32,000 nt of DNA, taken from NCBI RefSeq assembly GCF_000009705.1, contig NC_003272.1, positions 4,500,001 to 4,532,000 of the forward strand. Reading direction: 5' to 3'. The notes below the pieces were generated by a model. That model did no database searches. It saw only the letters and a program-made list of their open reading frames with translations, and was not told where the DNA came from. Shown one piece after another: positions 25,191 to 32,000 of this stretch. Numbering within the stretch: position 1 is the first letter of the stretch; every line of letters starts with the position of its first letter. The position numbers and the translations under genes were made by a program. The stretch is from Nostoc sp. PCC 7120 = FACHB-418 (GTDB taxonomy: Bacteria > Cyanobacteriota > Cyanobacteriia > Cyanobacteriales > Nostocaceae).

Positions 25191-25985
25191 TTATTTATCC
25201 CTTCCTGTGGCTTCAGGGTGATTTAGGGCTGTGAAAATTGCTTGTGAATCACTAACAAAACCAAAGCATTGTTTAACGTTATATAAGGTCGCTAACCAAC
25301 AATAATCAGGGGAAGTTGTAGCAGTACAATCTTTGACTAAAATGCAGTCATATCCTAAAAAGTTAGCATCACATAAGGTAGTCAGTACGCATTGATCAGC
25401 GTTAACACCAGCAAACAATATTGTTGTAATTCCCAGGTTTTTTAAAATGCTATCTAAAGGTGTGTCCCAAAAGCCACTCATGCGATATTTATCTACACAA
25501 ATATCCTCTGGGAATTGCTGGAGTCCGTCTACGACTGCTGCCGCCCAACTACCAGCCATCAGTACTTTAGCATCGTTTTTGGGTAAGCGATCGCCTAACC
25601 CCACCCCCTCCCCTGTAGGATTGTAAACATGAAGTAAATTGGCGCTAATGTTCAGTAAGTCGGGACGATTGCCCCAATTTAACCAAATTACAGGCACACC
25701 AACAGCACGCAATTCTGGCAGTAAATTATTTAAAGGTACGATGGGTTTAGTAGCTGGTGTCACGTCTACGCCGATATGGGCTAACCAGCCATCTGGGTGA
25801 CAGAAGTCGTTTTGCATATCTATGACGAGAATGGCTGTTTTTGCCAAATCTAGGCGCAGAGTTTTGGTTTCTGTTGATAAGATAACGGGTTGTGGGGTCT
25901 TTTGCGGACGAGTGATATCTGCGATCGCTTGATTCACCATCCAAGCATTTGGCGCTACTCCCAATGTGCGTAAAGACTGATCCAT
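25191..25985 (-). CDS. Isochorismatase-like cysteine hydrolase (RutB / biuret hydrolase / carbamoylsarcosine amidase superfamily)
   Basis: The candidate catalytic triad is D56 (AILVIDMQNDF), K166 (VDKYRMSGF) and C199 (FAGVNADQCVLTT). The protein is 264 aa. Confidence 0.9.
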   Translation of the reverse strand: MDQSLRTLGVAPNAWMVNQAIADITRPQKTPQPVILSTETKTLRLDLAKTAILVIDMQNDFCHPDGWLAHIGVDVTPATKPIVPLNNLLPELRAVGVPVIWLNWGNRPDLLNISANLLHVYNPTGEGVGLGDRLPKNDAKVLMAGSWAAAVVDGLQQFPEDICVDKYRMSGFWDTPLDSILKNLGITTILFAGVNADQCVLTTLCDANFLGYDCILVKDCTATTSPDYCWLATLYNVKQCFGFVSDSQAIFTALNHPEATGRDK

Positions 25986-26068
25986 AAAATTGCATCACCC
26001 AACATAATTACTATTTTGTACCTTGAAATCATATTGAGCGTTTAATTACTTAATTAAGGTTAAAATCC

Positions 26069-27469
26069 GTGAGTTTCACTATCCAAAATGTTCTACTGGC
26101 TACTGATGACGGTTACACCACTGCCGATGTTCAGGTTGTAGGTGATAAAATCGCCGCTATTGCCCCCAATTTAGATGTTATCGGTACTGCCATTGACGGT
26201 AAACATAAGCTTTTATTACCTGGTTTTGTCAATGCTCATACCCACTCATCGGAAATGTGGCAAAGAGGCTTAATCTCTATTTTTCCTTTAGAGTTATGGC
26301 TGGCGGAACTGTATGATTTTGCGCCTTTGGATACGGAGAAGGTCTATCTCAGCGCCTTGGGTACGGCGGTAGAAACTTTACTGTCTGGGGGAACGAGTGT
26401 AGTAGATCATCTGGTATTAATTCCTGGGCAAGAGTTGGAAACTATCGCCAGTGCAGTCCGCGCTTATCAAGAAGTGGGGATTCGGGCTTTTATCGCCCCC
26501 CTCATTCAAGACCAATCCCTCTCCGCCGGGCTACCTGCTGGGGAATCTACCCAGACCCATGAGCCTTTTTTCCGTTCCACTGCTGCCACTTTAGACTTGA
26601 TTGAGGAGGCGGTGAAACAGTTTCATCATCCAGATGCAGGTGTGAGTATTTTAGTTGCCCCTACGGGGATACAGTTGTGTACAGATGCTTTATTCACAGG
26701 TTGTATTGAATTAAGCGATCGCTATAATTTATGTCGTCACTCTCACTTATTAGAAACCAAAGCCCAAGAAAAACTCGCCCAAGAGAAATACGGTTGTAGT
26801 GCTGTTACCCATTTGCAACGCATTGGTTATTTAGGCGATCGCACTTCTTTAGCTCATTGTGTGTGGTTAAATGATGCTGATATCGATATCCTTGCACAAA
26901 CCCAATCGACAGTCGTTCACAATCCTTTAAGTAATTTACGTTTAGGGAGTGGAATTGCCCCAATTTTAAAATATCGTCAAGCCGGAGTAAATGTAACTTT
27001 TGGTTGTGATGGTGCTTCTAGTAATGACTCGCAAGATTTGTTAGAAGCTATTAAAATTGGGTCTATTTTGCATAACGTCACCGACTTTGATTATCGCTCT
27101 TGGATTTCCCCCAGACAAGCAGTAGAAATGGCATCTTTGGGCGCTGCCAAGGGACTAAATCTGGTGGATCAACTCGGTTCAATTACCGTTGGCAAAAAAG
27201 CCGATTTAATACTTTATGATCTGACTAATTTATCATTGGTTCCCCGTACAGATCCCATTGGTTTATTAGTTTTAGGTCGTCCTACAAACGTTGTCGATAG
27301 TGCTTGGGTAAATGGTCAGCCAATCATCACAAATGGTCAAGTAAATACAATTGACGTTGAGAAATTGCGAGCAGAATTATTCCACCTCAGTGAATGGGCT
27401 ACTAATCGCCAATCTCAAACAGTGGAAAAATTCGAGCTTCATTACCGCACAGTCATGGGTTTAACTTAG
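26069..27469 (+). CDS. TRZ/ATZ-type metal-dependent amidohydrolase (deaminase / chlorohydrolase family), GTG start
   Basis: Motifs are the HxH metal motif FVNAHTHS (H56/H58), HSHLLET, HCVWLN...VVHNPLSNLRLGSG and FGCDGASSND. AAGG lies about 8 nt upstream of the GTG. Confidence 0.9.
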   Translation: MSFTIQNVLLATDDGYTTADVQVVGDKIAAIAPNLDVIGTAIDGKHKLLLPGFVNAHTHSSEMWQRGLISIFPLELWLAELYDFAPLDTEKVYLSALGTAVETLLSGGTSVVDHLVLIPGQELETIASAVRAYQEVGIRAFIAPLIQDQSLSAGLPAGESTQTHEPFFRSTAATLDLIEEAVKQFHHPDAGVSILVAPTGIQLCTDALFTGCIELSDRYNLCRHSHLLETKAQEKLAQEKYGCSAVTHLQRIGYLGDRTSLAHCVWLNDADIDILAQTQSTVVHNPLSNLRLGSGIAPILKYRQAGVNVTFGCDGASSNDSQDLLEAIKIGSILHNVTDFDYRSWISPRQAVEMASLGAAKGLNLVDQLGSITVGKKADLILYDLTNLSLVPRTDPIGLLVLGRPTNVVDSAWVNGQPIITNGQVNTIDVEKLRAELFHLSEWATNRQSQTVEKFELHYRTVMGLT

Positions 27470-27542
27470 GATCACACAGAAGTGTAGAGAGCTATTTACA
27501 CATAAGTATAGTGGCACAGATACTTTCAACAGTAAAAAAATA

Positions 27543-27617
27543 TAGGTTGGGTGGAGCGTAGCGCAACCCAAAACATATGAGGGTGTTGGTTTAAGCAAAG
27601 CCTTCACCCAACCTACG
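27543..27617. repeat. Palindromic repeat element of about 75 bp between convergent genes (possible bidirectional terminator)
   Basis: TAGGTTGGGTGGAG (27543-27556) pairs with CCTTCACCCAACCTACG (27601-27617). An inner TTGGGTGG...CAACCCAA hairpin is present. It belongs to the same family as 9061-9135. Confidence 0.55.
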
Positions 27618-27646
27618 TCTGAATTTTGAATTGGGAGAAGCCAAAT

Positions 27647-28270
27647 TTATTTCTTGGCTTGAATTACCTGTAAACTACCACCCGCATATAAAATTGATTG
27701 ACCCGCTTCAAAACCAATTTCAGTTAGTAACCCAGCTAAATCTGTTTTTAATAATTGCCAAGCTGTCTCCGTCTCAAATAACAGTAAAAATACTGTTAAA
27801 CCAGGCCAGAAGATGGGATTAGTAGGAGTGTGAAAATCTACTAATGTAAACACTCCTCCCGGTTTTAAGACTCGATAAACTTCTTGAATGATTTCTCGCA
27901 ATTGTTGCGGTTCCATTTCATGTAAAGCAGCACTGGTATGCACTATATCAAACTGATTATCAGGAAATGGCATTTTCTCCGCAAAAGCTTCTACATAATT
28001 AGCTTCTGGAACATTTTGTCTAGCCCGTTGCAAAGATAAGGGAGAAGCATCTAATCCTGTTACGTTTTGTGAAGATTTCACTAATAATTGCGTTGCTTGA
28101 CCACTACCACAACAAACATCTAACACAGAAGTATTTGCCTGAATCGTTAATCCTTGCAAAGCTAATTTCCGAAATCTAGCTTCTCCACCCACAGTGAGCG
28201 CAGCTACACGAGATATGGAATCATAGAGCCATTGGTAGCGATAACTTAAATCTCTGAAAATTGTTGCCAT
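27647..28270 (-). CDS. Class I SAM-dependent methyltransferase (Methyltransf_11/UbiE-like)
   Basis: Motif I is VLDVCCGSGQATQLL, post-I is VTGLDAS, and further motifs are FDIVHTSAALHEM and LKPGGVFTLVDF. Confidence 0.9.
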   Translation of the reverse strand: MATIFRDLSYRYQWLYDSISRVAALTVGGEARFRKLALQGLTIQANTSVLDVCCGSGQATQLLVKSSQNVTGLDASPLSLQRARQNVPEANYVEAFAEKMPFPDNQFDIVHTSAALHEMEPQQLREIIQEVYRVLKPGGVFTLVDFHTPTNPIFWPGLTVFLLLFETETAWQLLKTDLAGLLTEIGFEAGQSILYAGGSLQVIQAKK

Positions 28271-28363
28271 TGTACTATTCCTAACTGTTAAGCTTTATAT
28301 TTAATAAAGATATATTGTTAACATTAGTAAAAAATCTGAAAAGGTTGGGGGAAAATAACTGCT

Positions 28364-29530
28364 ATGGGTCGTGTAGGCGTATTATTACTCAATCTCGGTG
28401 GTCCCGATAAGCTGGAGGATGTAGCTCCGTTTCTATTTAACCTATTCTCCGATCCGGAAATTATACGCTTACCATTCCGGTGGTTGCAGAAACCCTTGGC
28501 TTGGTTTATTGCTTCTCGACGCACCAAAACCTCCCAAGAGAACTATAAGCAAATTGGCGGTGGCTCCCCACTACGGAGGATTACGGAAGCCCAAGGAGAA
28601 GCCTTAAAGGAACAGTTGCATTATTTGGGTCAAGAAGCGAATATTTATGTGGGAATGCGTTATTGGCACCCATATACGGAAGAGGCGATCGCTCTTTTGA
28701 CCCAAGATAACCTTGATAACTTGGTGATTTTGCCACTATACCCCCAATTCTCTATCAGCACTAGTGGCTCTAGCTTCCGTCTACTAGAAAGACTTTGGCA
28801 AGAAGATCCCAAACTACAACGTCTGGAATACACAGTCATTCCTTCTTGGTATAAAGAACCAGGTTATTTACAGGCGATGGCGGAACTCATCCGCCAAGAA
28901 ATAGAGCAATTTCCTCATCCTGATCAGGTTCATGTGTTCTTCAGCGCTCATGGTGTACCCAAAAGCTATGTTGAAGAAGCAGGCGACCCCTATCAGCAGG
29001 AGATTGAGGAATGTACTGCATTAATTATGCAGACTCTCAATCGACCAAACCCTCACACTTTAGCGTACCAAAGTCGCGTCGGCCCGGTTGAATGGCTACA
29101 ACCCTATACTGAAGATGCACTCAAAGAACTAGGCGCGCAAGGTGTCAAAGATTTAGTTGTTGTACCTATCAGTTTCGTCTCCGAACACATCGAGACACTA
29201 CAGGAAATTGATATCGAGTATCGGGAAATAGCAGAAGAAGCCGGAATCCACAATTTCCGTCGTGTCCCTGCACCTAATACCCATCCAGTATTTATTAGAG
29301 CTTTGGCTGATTTGGTAATTGATGCGCTCAACAAACCCAGTTTCAAGCTTTCGCAAGCCGCCCAAATCAAGAAAATGGTCAAAATGTATCCTCCTGAGAG
29401 TTGGGAATGGGGTATGACTTCTAGTGCGGAAGTTTGGAATGGACGGATTGCAATGCTAGGTTTCATTGCTCTAATTATCGAGTTGGTTACAGGCCAAGGT
29501 CTACTGCACATGATTGGGCTTTTGCAGTAG
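28364..29530 (+). CDS. hemH: Ferrochelatase with a C-terminal CAB/HLIP-type transmembrane helix
   Basis: Motifs are [34 protein letters not shown] and [15 protein letters not shown]. The C-terminal chlorophyll-binding-like helix is [25 protein letters not shown]. Confidence 0.96.
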   Translation: MGRVGVLLLNLGGPDKLEDVAPFLFNLFSDPEIIRLPFRWLQKPLAWFIASRRTKTSQENYKQIGGGSPLRRITEAQGEALKEQLHYLGQEANIYVGMRYWHPYTEEAIALLTQDNLDNLVILPLYPQFSISTSGSSFRLLERLWQEDPKLQRLEYTVIPSWYKEPGYLQAMAELIRQEIEQFPHPDQVHVFFSAHGVPKSYVEEAGDPYQQEIEECTALIMQTLNRPNPHTLAYQSRVGPVEWLQPYTEDALKELGAQGVKDLVVVPISFVSEHIETLQEIDIEYREIAEEAGIHNFRRVPAPNTHPVFIRALADLVIDALNKPSFKLSQAAQIKKMVKMYPPESWEWGMTSSAEVWNGRIAMLGFIALIIELVTGQGLLHMIGLLQ

Positions 29531-29610
29531 TGAGAGAAAAGCGATGATATCCGCTAAAAGAGCGTCGCTGTAACATTTCTATCACAAAAAAATATTAATT
29601 GGAGTGATAA

Positions 29611-29647
29611 ATCGGGCATTGAATTTTGATCAATGCCCGATTTTTTA
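29611..29647 (+). terminator. Rho-independent terminator after hemH
   Basis: ATCGGGCATTGA-attttga-TCAATGCCCGAT is a perfect 12-bp stem followed by a T-run to 29646. It lies 81 nt after the stop. Confidence 0.8.
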
Positions 29648-29802
29648 TAACTAATGAATAGTAGCAATTCCTTCAAAAGATAGGAATAAAAACTGGAGAA
29701 AAATCAACTAAATATCTCATTAGTGGGACGTATTGGCTACTGATATTTTTTAAAGTGAGTTTGATTTGATTAATAAATTACGTTAGTTACAGGAAACTCA
29801 CC

Positions 29803-30354
29803 ATGAAACAATTATTTTGGTTATCCACATTAGGCTTGGCGATCGCTGCAACTACTCTACCCGTTGTAGCTCAAACACCCGTAAATCCAATACCCGACAC
29901 CCAAACCCCAGGGACTCAAATTCCCAACACTCAAACCCCAGGAACTCAAATTCCACAAACTACACCAATAACTCAAGATAGTTTTGGCGCACCTCGAATT
30001 AAACATACAAGTACATCTCGTACTACTAATTACATCAGTCTCTACACAGGTAGTCAACCTCTAGCCTACGTGACGGTTTTACCGCAAGAAAATATCAGTA
30101 TTGGTGACAATATTACAGTTACAGATCAATCTGGTCAAAGCATCAATGCCAACGTTACCAGAGAAGGAGAGAAAATGAGAATTAGCTTTGCTCAACCAGT
30201 AGCGCCAGGAAGCACTCTAGAAATTGTTCTCACAGATTTGGCATTTGGTTATCCGTATCCCTCCAAGAGTACTTTTAATTATGAATTAGCTGGTGGACAT
30301 ATTGGCTTCAACCGAGAGATTCCTTATGGTTTAGCTCAGTTTCAAGTATATTAA
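29803..30354 (+). CDS. Secreted hypothetical protein, possibly DUF2808, with a Pro/Thr/Gln-rich tandem repeat
   Basis: The signal peptide is MKQLFWLSTLGLAIAATTLPVVAQ. A PDTQTPGTQI / PNTQTPGTQI repeat follows, then a beta-rich domain (ISFAQPVAPGSTLEIVLTDL). The DUF2808 assignment is from memory. Confidence 0.7.
   Translation: MKQLFWLSTLGLAIAATTLPVVAQTPVNPIPDTQTPGTQIPNTQTPGTQIPQTTPITQDSFGAPRIKHTSTSRTTNYISLYTGSQPLAYVTVLPQENISIGDNITVTDQSGQSINANVTREGEKMRISFAQPVAPGSTLEIVLTDLAFGYPYPSKSTFNYELAGGHIGFNREIPYGLAQFQVY
29893..29952 (+). repeat. In-frame 30-nt tandem duplication inside the secreted-protein gene
   Basis: CCCGACACCCAAACCCCAGGGACTCAAATT is followed by CCCAACACTCAAACCCCAGGAACTCAAATT (27/30 identical). 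Confidence 0.85.
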
Positions 30355-30390
30355 CTCCATTTGTTAATTCAATGTCTCAAGAAAATTAGG

Positions 30391-30430
30391 AAGTGTTGGG
30401 TTGGAAGTCTTAATTTTCAACTCAACACTT
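30391..30430. terminator. Hairpin between convergent genes (secreted protein / SDR)
   Basis: AAGTGTTGGGTTGGA...TCAACTCAACACTT forms a stem of about 13 bp with G-U pairs, flanked by AT-rich sequence. Confidence 0.5.
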
Positions 30431-30461
30431 AATTATTAATAACTATCGACCAAATAGATCA

Positions 30462-31253
30462 TTATTTATTTTCCTGCATATTCCTGACAATTTTAGTTAC
30501 TAGTTTCCTGGGGATAAATCTGATACTTTTCGCCATGATTTTATTGATCAAACCAGGAATAACAATTGTTTTACCCTGCATTAAACCACGATAACCAATA
30601 TCGGCTACTGTTGACGCATCCATCATCCTTTTACCTTTGACTAGTTTAGAATCTGCCATCCCCGTTCTTTGATGGAAAGCAGACTGTGTTGTTCCTGGGC
30701 AAAGAACCGTCACAGTGACACCTGTACCGTCTAATTCATTGGCGAGTGCTTCAGAAAAAGATAATACGTAGGCTTTAGTCGCAAAATAAACGGCCATCAA
30801 AGGCCCTGGTTGAAAAGCCGCAGCAGAAGAGACATTTAATATTTTTCCCTCACCTTGCTGAACCATATTTTTGAGAAATAACTTAGTTAAATGGGTAGTA
30901 CATACCACATTTACCTGTAGCATTTCTAGTTCATCAGTAAGGTTAGTGTCATTAAATAATCCATAAGTACCAAACCCAGCATTATTGACTAGCACATCAA
31001 CTTTAATATTTGCCTGTTCTACCTCTTGAAAAATTTCTTCAGGAGATGTTGTTTTAGATAAATCTCGGACAATAGGCTTAACAGAAATTCCGAATTTATC
31101 TTGAAACTCAATCGCTATTTCTTCTAGTTTTTCCTTTGCCCGATCTACTAATACGAGATTGTAATCATTTTCAGCGAAAATACACACTAATTCATAACCA
31201 ATACCACTAGCTGCACCAGTAATTAGAGCAGTCTGCTTATGTGTTGTGTTCAT
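30462..31253 (-). CDS. Short-chain dehydrogenase/reductase (classical SDR)
   Basis: Motifs are TGAASGIGYE (TGxxxGxG), NNAG, and catalytic S...YFATK (YxxxK). Confidence 0.93.
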   Translation of the reverse strand: MNTTHKQTALITGAASGIGYELVCIFAENDYNLVLVDRAKEKLEEIAIEFQDKFGISVKPIVRDLSKTTSPEEIFQEVEQANIKVDVLVNNAGFGTYGLFNDTNLTDELEMLQVNVVCTTHLTKLFLKNMVQQGEGKILNVSSAAAFQPGPLMAVYFATKAYVLSFSEALANELDGTGVTVTVLCPGTTQSAFHQRTGMADSKLVKGKRMMDASTVADIGYRGLMQGKTIVIPGLINKIMAKSIRFIPRKLVTKIVRNMQENK

Positions 31254-32000
31254 GTTTGATGTTGGGTGATTTCAATAGATTAACTAGGTCTGTATTTATC
31301 AAAAGAGACTTGATAATTAAGGAATTGACCTATTTTAAAAACCAAAATGATAACGCTTTAAATATGATTCAGCAGCCTGCGATAACTATCAGGGTAAATA
31401 AATTTCAGCAATCGAACTTAGTTAGTGTGCGCTTAAATCCTCTTGTTTTGGTTAAGGATCAGGAGAAGCTAGCTGCATCCGTAATTTGCACATAATTTTT
31501 GCTGATTTCAGGCTCCTGAATTCTAATTTTTATTTGATAAATATGAACGAGCCGTCCAAAATTATATTCAACTTATTGGGTCATTTTTGTATATATATAT
31601 TCTATCTAAAAAATAATTTTTGTTCGGAATTAAAACTATATTATTTAGAGTAATGCTTGCAAAAGTTTAAATATGTATATCTGACTGGATGAATTTTTGT
31701 GTAGTATGTGCTGGACAAATATCATACTTAATCTCCGACTTTACGGTGGTTATGAAACTAGAAACCCTTGTAAAGTATGGATTTTTTAATTTTTAATTGG
31801 TATTCAAATGAAGTTAAATTTTATTTAATTTTTTCAAACATTAAAAGAAATTTCTATAGTGTCGAGTAAGTTAAAGTGGGCAACAGCAGAAAAATAATTC
31901 TGAGATTGTTGCTAATACTACAAAGTATGATATTTCATTATGAAAATTAGCGCCTACTATAACTTTGTATATCGATACAAGTATGCTAAACACTTTTCGC

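Noticed and set aside
31241-31495. An 84-aa ORF overlapping the SDR start
   Set aside because: It has a non-ATG start, overlaps the SDR N-terminus on the other strand, lies in AT-rich sequence, and shows no recognisable features.
1-32000. tRNA, rRNA, riboswitch or prophage/defence-island signatures
   Set aside because: I saw no cloverleaf-like GTTCGAATC-type T-arm contexts or rRNA-like conserved blocks. The only mobile gene is the single IS110 transposase. The Uma2 nuclease is a ubiquitous cyanobacterial family with no partner genes here.

Overview
This window reads as ordinary chromosome from a heterocyst-forming cyanobacterium of the Nostoc/Anabaena type. Supporting signatures are 21 copies of the HIP1 palindrome GCGATCGC (counted by eye), STRR-type heptamer arrays in intergenic spacers, and several small GC-rich palindromic repeat families. 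Gene content, order and orientation match what I remember of Nostoc sp. PCC 7120 alr3727 to about all3753. My anchor genes are pknE=alr3732, class I aldolase=all3735, hetL=all3740, D1' psbA=alr3742 and crtO=all3744. That match is from memory and needs a BLAST check. I support 27 CDSs. They are two divergent psbA paralogues, a divergent TetR/SnoaL pair, the Hen1-Pnkp RNA repair pair and Ser/Thr kinase PknE. There is also a small hypothetical, one intact IS110-family transposase, class I aldolase FbaB, a 442-aa hypothetical, a Uma2 nuclease, a TerB/Mo-nitrogenase-C protein and Obg. The rest are pentapeptide protein HetL, an NMO-type flavoenzyme, an ArsR regulator, ketolase CrtO, a DUF2993 protein, a P450, a cupin + isochorismatase-like hydrolase + TRZ/ATZ amidohydrolase cluster, a SAM methyltransferase, ferrochelatase with a CAB tail, a secreted repeat protein and an SDR. 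I found no rRNA, tRNA or CRISPR array. I do not see an unambiguous, previously undescribed multi-gene system. Five things deserve a second look: (1) a 127-nt long hairpin just downstream of the IS110 transposase, a candidate bridge/seek RNA; (2) the Hen1-Pnkp module, its possible TetR control and its link to pknE; (3) the D1' psbA copy next to an ArsR regulator with an atypical Cys pattern and crtO; (4) heptamer arrays that run right up to the start codons of pnkp and obg; (5) a compact N-heterocycle-type hydrolase cluster.
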